Positions 1-15,000 of a stretch of 64,000 bases of DNA are shown here, in pieces (position 1 is the first letter of the stretch; each line of letters opens with the position of its first letter). Under the pieces are notes generated by a model. That model ran no database searches. It worked only from the letters and a program-made list of their open reading frames with translations, and was not told where the DNA came from. This DNA is from Eledone cirrhosa (taxonomy: Eukaryota), in assembly GCA_964016885.1 (NCBI GenBank), contig OZ024741.1:405790001-405854000 (forward strand). Direction: 5' to 3'. The translations under genes were made by a program, and so were the position numbers.

Positions 1-3000
1 GCACGTATTTAGGTTCATACTGCCGGGTCTATTTCAGGTTATTGAGATTAGGGAGAATTGTAGACTAGCTGAACGTATTTAGGTTCATACTGCCTAGTCT
101 ATTTTTGGTTATTGAGATTAGGAAGAATTGTAGACTAGCTGAAAGTATTTAGGTTCATACTGCCTGGTTTATTTCAGGTTATTGAGATTAGGAAGAATTG
201 TAGACTAGCTGAAAATATTTAGGTTCATACTGCCTGGTTTATTTCAGGTTATTGAGATTAGGAAGAATTGTAGACTAGCTGAAAGTATATAGGTTCATAC
301 TGCCTGGTTTATTTCAGGTCATTGAGATTGGGAGAATTGTAGACTAGTTGAAAGTATTTAGGTTCATACTGCCTGGTTTATTTCAGGTTATTGAGATTAG
401 AAGAATTGTAGATTAGCTGATAATATTTAGGTTTATACTGCCTTGTCCGTTTCAGGTTATTGAGATTAGGGAGAATTGTAGACTAGCTGAAAGTATTTAG
501 GTTCATACTGCCTGGTTTATTTCAGGTAATTGAGATTGGGAGAATTGTAGACTAGCTGAAAGTATTTAGGTTCATACTGCCTGGTTTATTTCAGGTTATT
601 GAGATTAGGGACAATTGTAGACTAGCTGAAAATATTTAGGTTCATACTGCCTGGTCTATTTCAGGTTATTGGGATTAGGGAGAAGTGTAGACTAGCTGAA
701 AGTATTTAGGTTCATACTGCCTGGTCTATTTCAGGTTATTGAGATTAGGGAGGATTGTAGACTAGCTGAAAGTATTTAGGTTGATACTGCCTGGTTTATT
801 TCAGGTTATTGAGATTGGAAGAATTGTAGACTAGCTGAACATATTTAGGTTCATACTGCCTGGTTTATTTCAGGTTATTGATATTAGGGAGAATTGTAAA
901 CTACCTGAAAATATTTAGGTTCATTCTGCCTGGTCTATTTCAGGTTATTGAGATTAGGGACAATTATAGACTAGCTGAAAGTATTTAGGTTCATACTGCC
1001 TGGTTTATTTCAGGTTATTGAGATTGGGAGAATTGTAGACTAGCTGAAAGTATTTAGGTTCATACTGCCTGGTTTATTTCAGGTTATTGATATTAGGGAG
1101 AATTGTAGACTAGCTGAAAGTATTTAGGTTCATACTGCCTGGCCTATTTCAGGTTATTGGGATTAGGGAGAAGTGTAGACTAACTGAAAGTATTTAGGAT
1201 AATACTGCCTGGTTTATTTCAGGTTATTGAGATTAGGGAGAATTGTAGACTAGCTGAAAGTATTTAGGTTCATACTGCCTGGTCTATTTCAGGTTATTGA
1301 GATTAGGGAGAATTGTTGACTAACTGAAAATATTTAGGTTCATACTTCCTGGTCAATTTCAGGTTATTGGGATTAGGGAGAATTGTAGACTACCTTAAAG
1401 TATTTATGTTCATTCTGCCTGGTCTATTTCAGGTTATTGAGATTAGGGAGAATTGTAGACTAGCTGAAAATATTTAGGTTGATACTGCCTGGTTTATTTC
1501 AGGTTATTGAGATTGGGAGAATTGTAGACTAGCTGAAAGTATTTAGGTTCATACTGCCTGGTTTATTTCAGGTTATTGAGATTAGGAATAATTGTAGACT
1601 AGCTGAAAGTATTTAGGTTCATACTGCCTGGTTTATTTCAGGTTATTGAAATTGGGAGAATTGTAGACTAGCTGAAAGTATTTAGGTTCATACTGCCTGG
1701 TCTATTTCAGGTTATTGGGATTAGGGAGAAGTGTAGACTAGCTGAAAGTATTTAGGTTCATACTGCCTGGTCTATTTCAGGTTATTGAGATTAGGGAGGA
1801 TTGTAGACTAGCTGAAAGTATTTAGGTTGATACTGCCTGGTTTATTTCAGGTTATTGAGATTGGAAGAATTGTAGACTAGCTGAACATATTTAGGTTCAT
1901 ACTGCCTGGTTTATTTCAGGTTATTGATATTAGGGAGAATTGTAGACTACCTGAAAATATTTAGGTTCATTCTGCCTGGTCTATTTCAGGTTATTGAGAT
2001 TAGGGACAATTATAGACTAGCTTAAAGTATTTAGGTTCATACTGCCTGGTTTATTTCAGGTTATTGAGATTGGGAGAATTATAGACTAGCTGAAAGTATT
2101 TAGGTTCATACTGCCTGGTTTATTTCAGGTTATTGATATTAGGGAGAATTGTAGACTAGCTGAAAGTATTTAGGTTCATACTGCCTGGCCTATTTCAGGT
2201 TATTGGGATTAGGGAGAAGTGTAGACTAACTGAAAGTATTTAGGATAATACTGCCTGGTTTATTTCAGGTTATTGAGATTAGGGAGAATTGTAGACTAGC
2301 TGAAAGTATTTAGGTTCATACTGCCTGGTCTATTTCAGGTTATTGAGATTAGGGAGAATTGTTGACTAACTGAAAATATTTAGGTTCATACTTCCTGGTC
2401 AATTTCAGGTTATTGGGATTAGGGAGAATTGTAGACTACCTTAAAGTATTTATGTTCATTCTGCCTGGTCTATTTCAGGTTATTGAGATTAGGGAGAATT
2501 GTAGACTAGCTGAAAATATTTAGGTTCATACTGCCTGGTTTATTTCAGGTTATTGAGATTAGGAATAATTGTAGACTAGCTGAAAGTATTTAGGTTCATA
2601 CTGCCTGGTTTATTTCAGGTTATTGAAATTGGGAGAATTGTAGACTAGCTGAAAGTATTTAGGTTCATACTGCCTGGTCTATTTCAGTTATTGAGATTAG
2701 GAAGAATTGTAGACTAGCTGAAAGTATTTAGGTTCATACTGCCTGGTTTATTTCAGGTTATTGAGATTAGGAAGAATTGTAGACTAGCTGAAAATATTTA
2801 GGTTCATACTGCCTGGTTTATTTCAGGTTATTGAGATTAGGAAGAATTGTAGAGTAGCTGAAAGTATTTAGGTTCATACTGCCTGGTCTATTTCAGGTTA
2901 TTGGGATTAGGGAGAAGTGTAGACTAGCTGAAAGTATTTAGGTTCATACTGCCTGGTCTATTTCAGGTTATTGAGATAAGGGAGGATTGTAGACTAGCTG

Positions 3001-6000
3001 AAAGTATTTAGGTTGATACTGCCTGGTTTATTTCAGGTTATTGAGATTGGGAGAATTGTAGACTAGCTGAAAGTATTTAGGTTCAAACTGCCTGGTTTAT
3101 TTCAGGTTATTGAGATTAGGGAGAATTGTAGACTAGCTGAAAATATTTAGGTTCATACTGCCAGGTCTATTTCAGGTTATTGGGATTAGGGAGAAGTGTA
3201 GACTAACTGAAAGTATTTAGGATAATACTGCCTGGTTTATTTCAGGTTATTGAGATTGGAAGAATTGTAGACTAGCTGAACATATTTAGGTTCATACTGC
3301 CTGGTCTATTTCAGGTTATTGAGATTGGAAGAATTGTAGACTAGCTGAAAGTATTTAGGTTCATACTGCCTAGTTTATTTCAGGTTATTGAGCTTAGGGA
3401 GAATTGTAGACTAGCTGAAAGTATTTAGATTAATACTGCCTGGTCTATTTCAGGTTATTGAGATTAGGGAGAATTGTAGACTACCTGAAAATATTTAGGT
3501 TCATTCTGCCAGGTCTATTTCAGGTTATTGAGATTAGGGACAATTGTAGACTAGCTGAAAGTATTTAGGTTCATACTGCCTGGTTTATTTCAGGTTATTG
3601 AGATTGGGAGAATTGTAGACTAGCTGAAAGTATTTAGGTTCATACTGCCTGGTTTATTTCAGGTTATTGATATTAGGGAGAATTGTAGACTAGCTGAAAG
3701 TATTTAGGTTCATACTGCCTGGTCTATTTCAGGTTATTGAGATTAGGGACAATTGTAGACTAGCTGAAAGTATTTAGGTTCATACTGCCTGGTTTATTTC
3801 AGGTTATTGAGATTGGGAGAATTGTAGACTAGCTGAAAGTATTTAGGTTCATACTGCCTGGTTTATTTCAGGTTATTGATATTAGGGAGAATTGTAGACT
3901 AGCTGAAAGTATTTAGGTTCATACTGCCTGGTCTATTTCAGGTTATTGAAATTGGGAGAATTGTAGACTAGCTGAAAATATTTAGGTTCATACTGCCTGG
4001 TCTATTTCAGGTTATTGGGATTAGGGACAAGTGTAGACTAACTGAAAGTATTTAGGATAATACTGCCTGGTTTATTTCAGGTTATTGAGATTGGAAGAAT
4101 TGTAGACTAGCTGAACATATTTAGGTTCATACTGCCTGGTCTATTTCAGGTTATTGAGATTGGAAGAATTGTAGACTAGCTGAAAGTATTTAGGTTCATA
4201 CTGCCTGGTTTATTTCAGGTTATTGAGCTTAGGGAGAATTGTAGACTAGCTGAAAGTATTTAGATTAATACTGCCTGGTCTATTTCAGGTTATTGAGATT
4301 AGGGAGAATTGTAGACTACCTGAAAATATTTAGGTTCATTCTGCCTGGTCTATTTCAGGTTATTGAGATTAGGGACAATTGTAGACTAGCTGAAAGTATT
4401 TAGGTTCATACTGCCTGGTTTATTTCAGGTTATTGAGATTGGGAGAATTGTAGACTAGCTGAAAGTATTTAGGTTCATACTGCCTGGTTTATTTCAGGTT
4501 ATTGATATTAGGGAGAATTGTAGACTAGCTGAAAGTATTTAGGTTCATACTGCCTGGCCTATTTCAGGTTATTGGGATTAGGGAGAAGTGTAGACTAACT
4601 GTAAGTATTTAGGATAATACTGCCTGGTTTATTTCAGGTTATTGAGATTAGGGAGAATTGTAGACTAGCTGAAAGTATTGAGGTTCATACTGCCTGGTCT
4701 ATTTCAGGTTATTGAGAATAGGGAGAATTGTTGACTAACTGAAAATATTTAGGTTCATACTTCCTGGTCTATTTCAGGTTATTGGGATTAGGGAGAATTG
4801 TAGACTACCTTAAAGTATTTATGTTCATTCTGCCTGGTCTATTTCAGGTTATTGGGATTAGGGAGAAGTGTAGACTAACTGAAAGTATTTAGGATAATAC
4901 TGCCTGGTTTATTTCAGGTTATTGAGATTGGAAGAATTGTAGACTAGCTGAACATATTTAGGTTCATACTGCCTGGTCTATTTCAGGTTATTGAGATTGG
5001 AAGAATTGTAGACTAGCTGAAAGTATTTAGGTTCATACTGCCTAGTTTATTTCAGGTTATTGAGCTTAGGGAGAATTGTAGACTAGCTGAAAGTATTTAG
5101 ATTAATACTGCCTGGTCTATTTCAGGTTATTGAGATTAGGGAGAATTGTAGACTACCTGAAAATATTTAGGTTCATTCTGCCAGGTCTATTTCAGGTTAT
5201 TGAGATTAGGGACAATTGTAGACTAGCTGAAAGTATTTAGGTTCATACTGCCTGGTTTATTTCAGGTTATTGAGATTGGGAGAATTGTAGACTAGCTGAA
5301 AGTATTTAGGTTCATACTGCCTGGTTTATTTCAGGTTATTGATATTAGGGAGAATTGTAGACTAGCTGAAAGTATTTAGGTTCATACTGCCTGGTCTATT
5401 TCAGGTTATTGAGATTAGGGACAATTGTAGACTAGCTGAAAGTATTTAGGTTCATACTGCCTGGTTTATTTCAGGTTATTGAGATTGGGAGAATTGTAGA
5501 CTAGCTGAAAGTATTTAGGTTCATACTGCCTGGTTTATTTCAGGTTATTGATATTAGGGAGAATTGTAGACTAGCTGAAAGTATTTAGGTTCATACTGCC
5601 TGGCCTATTTCAGGTTATTGGGATTAGGGAGAAGTGTAGACTAACTGAAAGTATTTAGGATAATACTGCCTGGTTTATTTCAGGTTATTGAGATTAGGGA
5701 GAATTGTAGACTAGCTGAAAGCAATTAGGTTCATACTGCCTGGTCTATTTCAGGTTATTGAAATTGGGAGAATTGTAGACTAGCTGAAAGTATTTAGGTT
5801 CATACTGCCTGGTCTATTTCAGGTTATTGGGATTAGGGAGAAGTGTAGACTAGCTGAAAGTATTTAGGTTCATACTGCCTGGTCTATTTCAGGTTATTGA
5901 GATTAGGGAGGATTGTAGACTAGCTGAAAGTATTTAGGTTGATACTGCCTGGTTTATTTCAGGTTATTGAGATTGGGAGAATTGTAGACTAGCTGAAAGT

Positions 6001-9000
6001 ATTTAGGTTCAAACTGCCTGGTTTATTTCAGGTTATTGAGATTAGGGAGAATTGTAGACTAGCTGAAAATATTTAGGTTCATACTGCCTGGTCTATTTCA
6101 GGTTATTGGGATTAGGGACAAGTGTAGACTAACTGAAAGTATTTAGGATAATACTGCCTGGTTTATTTCAGGTTATTGAGATTGGAAGAATTGTAGACTA
6201 GCTGAACATATTTAGGTTCATACTGCCTGGTCTATTTCAGGTTATTGAGATTGGAAGAATTGTAGACTAGCTGAAAGTATTTAGGTTCATACTGCCTGGT
6301 TTATTTCAGGTTATTGAGCTTAGGGAGAATTGTAGACTAGCTGAAAGTATTTAGATTAATACTGCCTGGTCTATTTCAGGTTATTGAGATTAGGGAGAAT
6401 TGTAGACTACCTGAAAATATTTAGGTTCATTCTGCCTGGTCTATTTCAGGTTATTGAGATTAGGGACAATTGTAGACTAGCTGAAAGTATTTAGGTTCAT
6501 ACTGCCTGGTTTATTTCAGGTTATTGAGATTGGGAGAATTGTAGACTAGCTGAAAGTATTTAGGTTCATACTGCCTGGTTTATTTCAGGTTATTGATATT
6601 AGGGAGAATTGTAGACTAGCTGAAAGTATTTAGGTTCATACTGCCTGGCCTATTTCAGGTTATTGGGATTAGGGAGAAGTGTAGACTAACTGTAAGTATT
6701 TAGGATAATACTGCCTGGTTTATTTCAGGTTATTGAGATTAGGGAGAATTGTAGACTAGCTGAAAGTATTGAGGTTCATACTGCCTGGTCTATTTCAGGT
6801 TATTGAGAATAGGGAGAATTGTTGACTAACTGAAAATATTTAGGTTCATACTTCCTGGTCTATTTCAGGTTATTGGGATTAGGGAGAATTGTAGACTACC
6901 TTAAAGTATTTATGTTCATTCTGCCTGGTCTATTTCAGGTTATTGAGATTAGGAAGAATTGTAGACTAGCTGAAAATATTAAGTTGATACTGCCTGGTTT
7001 ATTTCAGGTTATTGATATTGGGAGAAGTGTAGACTAGCTGAAAGTATTTAGGTTCATACTGCCTGGTTTATTTCAGGTTATTGAGATTAGGAATAATTGT
7101 AGACTAGCTGAAAGTAATTAGGTTCATACTGCCTGGTTTATTTCAGGTTATTGAGACTGGGAGAAGTGTAGACTAGCTGAAAGTATATAGGTTCATAGTG
7201 CCTGGTCTATTTCAGGTTATTGAGATTGGAAGAATCGTGGACTAGCTGAAAGTATTTAGGTTCATACTGCCTGGTTTATTTCAGGTTATTGAGATTGGAA
7301 GAATCGTGGACTAGCTGAAAGTATTTAGGTTCATACTGCCTGGTCTATTTCAGGTTATTGAGATTAGGGAGAATTGTAGACTAGCTGAAAGTATTTAGGT
7401 TCATACTGCCTGGTCTATTTCAGGTTATTGAGATTAGTGAGAATTGTAGACTAGCTGAAAGTATTTAGGTTCATACTGCCTGGTCTATTTCAGGTTATTG
7501 AGATTAGGGAGAATTGTAGACTAGCTGAAATCATTTAGGTTCATACTGCCTGGTTTATTTCAGTTTATTGAGATTAGGGAGAACTGTAGACTAGCTGAAA
7601 GTATTTAGGTTCATACTGCCTGGTCTATTTCAGGTTATTGAGATTATGGAGAATTGTAGACTAGCTGAAAGTATTTAGGTTCATACTGCCTGGTTTATTT
7701 CAGGTTATTGAGATTGGTAGAATTGTAGACTAGTTGAAAGTATTTAGGTTCATACTGCGTGGTTTATTTCAGGTTATAGTGATTTGAAGAATTGTAGACT
7801 AGGTGAAAGTATATAGGTTCATACTGCCTGGTTTATTTCAGGTTATTGAGACTGGGAGAAGTGTAGACTAGCTGAAGGTATATAGGTTCATACTGCCTGG
7901 TTTATTTCAGGTTATTGAAATTGGGAGAATTGCAGACTAGCTGAAAATATTTAGGTTCATACTACCTGGTTTATTTCAGGTTATTGAGATTGGAAGAATT
8001 GTAGACTAGCTGAAAGTACTTAGGTTCATACTGCCTGGTTTATTTCAGGTTATTGAGACTGGAAGAATCGTAGACGAGCTTAAAGTATTTAGGTTCATAC
8101 TGCCTGGTTTATTTCAGGTTATTGAGATTAGGGAGAATTATAGACTAGCTGAAAGTATTTAGGTTCATACTGCCTGGTTTATTTCAGGTTATTGAGATTA
8201 TAAGAATTGTAGACTAGCTGAAAGTATTTAGGTTCATACTGCCTGGTTTATTTCAGGTTATTGAGATTTGAAGAATTGTAGACTAGGTGAAAGTATTTAG
8301 GTTCATACTGCCTGGTCTATTTCAGGTTATTGAGATTAGGGAGAATTGTAGACTAGCTGAAAGTATTTAGGTTCATACTGCCTGGTTTATTTCAGGTTAT
8401 TGAGATTGGAAGAATCGTAGACGAGCTGAAAGTATTTAAGTTCAAACTGCCTGGTTTGTTTCAGGTTATTGAGATTAGGGAGAACTGTAGACTAGTTGAA
8501 AGTATTTAGGTTCATACTGCCTGGTTTATTTCAGGTTATTGAGATTATAAGAATTGTAGACTAGCTGAAAGTATTTAGGTTCATACTGCCTGGTTTATTT
8601 CAGGTTATTGAGATTATAAGAATTGTAGACTAGCTGAAAGTATTTAGGTTCATACTGCCTGGTTTATTTCAGGTTATTGAGATTATAAGAATTGTAGACT
8701 AGCTGAAAGTATATAGGTTCATACTGCCTGGGTTATTTCAGGTTATTGAAATTGGGAGAATTGCAAACTAGCTGAAAATATTTAGGTTCATACTACCTGG
8801 TTTATTTCAGGTTATTGAGATTGGAAGAATTGTAGACTAGCTGAAAGTATTTAGGTTCATACTGCCTGGTTTATTTCAGGTTATTGAGACTGGAAGAATC
8901 GTAGACGAGCTGAAAGTATTTAGGTTCATACTGCCTTGTTTATTTCAGGTTACTGAGATTAGGGAGAATTGTAGACTAGCTGAAAGTATTTAGGTTCATA

Positions 9001-12000
9001 CTGCATGGTTTATGTCAGGTTATTGAGATTGGGAGAATTGTAGATGAGCTGAAAGTATTTAGGTTCACACTGCCTGGTTTATTTCAGGTTATTGAGATTA
9101 GGAAGAATTGTAGACTAGCTGAAAGTATTTAGGTTCATACTGCCTGGTCCATTTCAGGTTATTGAGATTGGAAAAATTGTAGACTAGCTGAAAGTGTTTA
9201 AGTTCATACTTCCTGGTTTATTTCAGGTTATTGAGATTGGAAGAATTGTAGACTAGCTGAAAGTATTTAGGTTCATACTGCCTGGTTTATTTCAAGTTAT
9301 TGAGACTGGAAGAATCGTAGACGAGCTGAAAGTATTTAGGTTCATACTGCCTGGTTTATTTAAGGTTATTGAGATTAGGGAGAATTGTAGACTAGCTGAA
9401 AGTATTTAGGTTCATACTGCCTGGTTTATTTCAGGTTATTGAGATTGGAACAATCGTAGACGAGCTGAAAGTATTTAATTTCATACTGCCTGGTTTATTT
9501 CAGGTTATTGAGATTTAAAGAATTGTAGACTAGCTGAAAGTATTTAGGTTCATACTGCCTGGTCTATTTCAGGTTATTGAGATTAGGGAGAACTGTAGAC
9601 TAGCTGAAAGTATTTAGTTTCATACTGCCTGGTCTATTTTAGGTTATTGAGATAAGGGAGAATTGTAGACTAGCTGAAATTATTTATGTTCATACTTCCT
9701 GGTCTATTTCAGTTTATTGAGATTAGGGCGAACTGTAGACTAGCTGAAAGTATTTAGGTTCATACTGCCTGGTCTATTTCAGGTTATTGAGATTAGGGAG
9801 AATTGTAGACTAGCTGAAAGTATTTAGGTTCATACTGCCTGGTTTATTTCAGGTTATTGAGATTAGGGAGAATTGTAGGCTAGCTGAAAGTATTTAGGTT
9901 CATACTGCCTGGTCTATTTCAGGTTATTGAGATTAGGAAGAATTGTAGACTAGCTGAAAATATTTAGGTTCATACTGCCTGGTTTATTTCAGGTTATTGA
10001 GATTAGGAAGAATTGTAGACTAGCTGAAAGTATATAGGTTCATACTGCCTTGTTTATTTCAGGTCATTGAGATTAGGAAGAATTGTAGACTAGCTGAAAA
10101 TATTTAGGTTCATACTGCCTGGTTTATTTCAGTTTATTGAGATTAGGAAGAATTGTAGACTATCTGAAAATATTTAGGTTCATACTGCCTGGTTTATTTC
10201 AGGTTATTGAGATTATGAAGAATTGTAGACTAGCTGAAAGTATATAGGTTCATACTGCCTGGTTTATTTCAGGTCATTGAGATTGGGAGAATTGTAGACT
10301 AGCTGAAAGTATTTAAGTTCATACTGCCTGGTCTATTTCAAGTTATGGAGATTGGAAGAATTGTAGACTAGCTGAAAGTATTTAGGTTCATACTGCCTGG
10401 TCTATTTCAGGTTATTGAGATTAGGAACAATTGTAGTCTAGCTGAAAATATTTAGGTTCATACTGCCTGGTTTATTTCAGGTTATTGAGATTAGAAGAAT
10501 TGTAGACTAGCTGAAAGTATTTAGGTTCATACTGCCTGGCCTATTTCAGGTTATTGGGATTAGGGAGAAGTGTAGACTAACTGAAAGTATTTAGGATAAT
10601 ACTGCCTGGTTTATTTAAGGTTATTGAGATTAGGGAGAATTGTAGACTAGCTGAAAGTATTTAGGTTCATACTGCCTGGTCTATTTCAGGTTATTGAGAT
10701 TAGGGAGAATTGTTGACTAACTGAAAATATTTAGGTTCATACTTCCTGGTCAATTTCAGGTTATTGGGATTAGGGAGAATTGTAGACTACCTTAAAGTAT
10801 TTATGTTCATTCTGCCTGGTCTATTTCAGGTCATTGAGATTAGGGAGAATTGTAGACTAGCTGAAAATATTTAGGTTGATACTGCCTGGTGTATTTCAGG
10901 TTATTGAGATTGGGAGAATTGTAGACTAGCTGAAAGTATTTAGGTTCATACTGCCTGGTTTATTTCAGGTTATTGAGATTGGAAGAATTGTAGACTAGCT
11001 GAAAGTATTTAGGTTCATACTGCCTGGTTTATTTCAGGTTATTGAGATTAGGGACAATTGTAGACTAGCTGAAAGTATTTAGGTTCATACTGCCTGGTTT
11101 ATTTCAGGTTATTGAGATTGGAAGAATTGTAGACTAGCTGAAAGTAATTAGGTTCATACTGCCTGGTCTATTTCAGGTTATTGAAATTGGGAGAATTGTA
11201 GACTAGCTGAAAGTATTTAGGTTCAAACTGCCTGGTTCATTTCAGGTTATTGAGATTAGGGAGAATTGTAGACTAGCTGAAAGTATTTAGGTTCATACTG
11301 CCTGGTTTATTTCAGGTTATTGAGATTAGGGAGGATTGTAGACTAGCTGAAAGTATTTAGGTTGATACTGCCTGGTTTATTTCAGGTTATTGAGATTGGG
11401 AGAATTGTAGACTAGCTGAAAGTATTTAGGTTCAAACTGCCTGGTTTATTTCAGGTTATTGAGATTAGGGAGAATTGTAGACTAGCTGGAAATATTTAGG
11501 TTCATACTGCCTGGTCTATTTCAGGTTATTGGGATTAGGGAGAAGTGTAGACTAACTGAAAGTATTTAGGATAATACTGCCTGGTTTATTTCAGGTTATT
11601 GAGATTGGAAGAATTGTAGACTAGCTGAACATATTTAGGTTTATACTGCCTGGTCTATTTCAGGTTATTGAGATTGGAAGAATTGTAGACTAGCTGAAAG
11701 TATTTAGGTTCATACTGCCTAGTTTATTTCAGGTTATTGAGCTTAGGGAGAATTGTAGACTAGCTGAAAGTATTTAGATTAATACTGCCTGGTCTATTTC
11801 AGGTTATTGAGATTAGGGAGAATTGTAGACTAGCTGAAAGTATTTAGGTTCATTCTGCCTGGTCTATTTCAGGTTATTGAGATTAGGGACAATTGTAGAC
11901 TAGCTGAAAGTATTTAGGTTCATACTGCCTGGTTTATTTCAGGTTATTGAGATTGGGAGAATTGTAGACTAGCTGAAAGTATTTAGGTTCATACCGCCTG

Positions 12001-15000
12001 GTTTATTTCAGGTTATTGATATTGGGGAGAATTGTAGACTAGCTGAAAGTATTTAGGTTCATACTGCCTGGTCTATTTCAGGTTATTGGGATTAGGGAGA
12101 AGTGTAGACTAACTGAAAGTATTTAGGATAATACTGCCTGGTTTATTTCAGGTTATTGAGATTAGGGAGAATTGTAGACTAGCTGAAAGTATTTAGGTTC
12201 ATACTGCCTGGTCTATTTCAGGTTATTGAGATTAGGGAGAATTGTTGACTAACTGAAAATATTTAGGTTCATACTTCCTGGTCAATTTCAGGTTATTGGG
12301 ATTAGGGAGAATTGTAGACTACCTTAAAGTATTTATGTTCATTCTGCCTGGTCTATTTCAGGTTATTGAGATTAGGGAGAATTGTAGACTAGCTGAAAAT
12401 ATTTAGGTTGATACTGCCTGGTGTATTTCAGGTTATTGAGATTGGGAGAATTGTAGACTAGCTGAAAGTATTTAGGTTCATACTGCCTGGTTTATTTCAG
12501 GTTATTGAGATTAGGAATAATTGTAGACTAGCTGAAAGTATTTAGGTTCATACTGCCTGGTTTATTTCAGGTTATTGAGATTAGGGAGAATTGTAGACTA
12601 GCTGAAAGTATTTAGGTTCATACTGCCTGGTTTATTTCAGGTTATTGAGATTGGAAGAATTGTAGACTAGCTGAAAGTAATTAGGTTCATACTGCCTGGT
12701 CTCTTTCAGGTTATTGAAATTGGGAGAATTGTAGACTAGCTGAAAGTATTTAGGTTCAAACTGCCTGGTTCATTTCAGGTTATTGAGATTAGGGAGAATT
12801 GTAGACTAGCTGCACGTATTTAGGTTCATACTGCCGGGTCTATTTCAGGTTATTGAGATTAGGGAGAATTGTAGACTAGCTGAACGTATTTAGGTTCATA
12901 CTGCCTAGTCTATTTCAGGTTATTGAGATTAGGAAGAATTGTAGACTAGCTGAAAGTATTTAGGTTCATACTGCCTGGTTTATTTCAGGTTATTGAGATT
13001 AGGGAGAATTGTAGACTAGCTGAAAATATTTAGGTTCATACTGCCTGGTTTATTTCAGGTTATTGGGATTAGGGAGAATTGTAGACTACCTTAAAGTATT
13101 TATGTTCATTCTGCCTGGTCTATTTCAGGTTATTGGGATTAGGGAGAAGTGTAGACTAGCTGAAAGTATTTAGGTTCATACTGCCTGGTTTATTTCAGGT
13201 TATTGAGATTGGGAGAATTGTAGACTAGCTGAAAGTATTTAGGTTCATACCGCCTGGTTTATTTCAGGTTATTGATATTAGGGAGAATTGTAGACTAGCT
13301 GAAAGTATTTAGGTTCATACTGCCTGGTCTATTTCAGGTTATTGAGATTAGGGACAATTGTAGACTAGCTGAAAGTATTTAGGTTCATATTGCCTGGTTT
13401 ATTTCAGGTTATTGAGATTGGTAGAATTGTAGACTAGCTGAAAGTATTTAGGTTCATACTGCGTGGTTTATTTCAGGTTATTGTGATTTGAAGAATTGTA
13501 GACTAGGTGAAAGTATATAGGTTCATACTGCCTGGTTTATTTCAGGTTATTGAGACTGGGAGAAGTGTAGACTAGCTGAAGGTATATAGGTTCATACTGC
13601 CTGATTTATTTCAGGTTATTGAAATTGGGAGAATTGCAGACTAGCTGAAAATATTTAGGTTCATACTACCTGGTTTATTTTAGGTTATTGAGATTGGAAG
13701 AATTGTAGACTAGCTGAAAGTACTTAGGTTCATACTGCCTGGTTTATTTCAGGTTATTGAGACTGGAAGAATCATAGACGAGCTGAAAGTATTTAGGTTC
13801 ATACTGCCTGGTTTATTTCAGGTTATTGAGATTAGGGAGAATTGTAGACTAGCTGAAAGTATTTAGGTTCATACTGCCTGGTTTATTTCAAGTTATTGAG
13901 ACTGGAAGAATCGTAGACGAGCTGAAAGTATTTAAGTTCATACTGCCTGGTTTGTTTCAGGTTATTGAGATTAGGGAGAACTGTAGACTAGCTGAAAGTA
14001 TTTAGGTTGATACTGCCTGGTTTATTTCAGGTTATTGAGATTGGTAGAATTGTAGACTAGCTGAAAGTATTTAGGTTCATACTGCCTGGTTTATTTCAGG
14101 TTATTGAGATTTGAAGAATTGTAGACTAGGTGAAAGTATATAGGTTCATACTGCCTGGTTTATTTCAGGTTATTGAGACTGGGAGAAGTGTAGACTAGCT
14201 GAAAGTATATAGGTTCATACTGCCTGGTTTATTTCAGGTTATTGAAATTGGGAGAATTGCAGACTAGCTGAAAATATTTAGGTTCATACTACCTGGTTTA
14301 TTTCAGGTTATTGAGATTGGAAGAATTGTAGACTAGCTGAAAGTATTTAGGTTCATACTGCCTGGTTTATTTCAGGTTATTGAGACTGGAAGAATCGTAG
14401 ACGAGCTGAAAGTATTTAGGTTCATACTGCCTGGTTTATTTCAGGTTATTGAGATTGGAAGAATTGTAGACTAGCTGAAAGTATTTAGGTTCATACTGCC
14501 TGGTCCATTTCAGGTTATTGAGACTGGAAGAATCCTAGACGAGCTGAAAGTATTTAGGTTCATACTGCCTGGTTTATTTCAGGTTATTGAGATTAGGGAG
14601 AATTGTAGACTAGCTGAAAGTATTTAGGTTCATACTGCCTGGTCCATTTCAGGTTATTGAGATTAGGGAGAATTGTAGACTAGCTGAAAATATTTAGGTT
14701 GATACTGCATGGTTTATGTCAGGTTATTGAGATTGGGAGAATTGTAGATGAGCTGAAAGTATTTAGGTTCATACTGCCTGGTTTATTTCAGGTTATTGAG
14801 ATTAGAAGAATTGTAGACTAGCTGAAAGTGTTTAGGTTCATACTGCCTGGTCCATTTCAGGTTATTGAGACTGGAAGAATCCTAGACGAGCTGAAAGTAT
14901 TTAGGTTCATACTGCCTGGTTTATTTCAGGTTATTGAGATTAGGGAGAATTGTAGACTAGCTGAAAGTATTTAGGTTCATACTGCCTGGTTTATTTCAGG

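Noticed and set aside
8066-8080. CENP-B box similarity of AATCGTAGACGAGC
   Set aside because: The spacing does not fit TTCG-N4-A-N2-CGGG.
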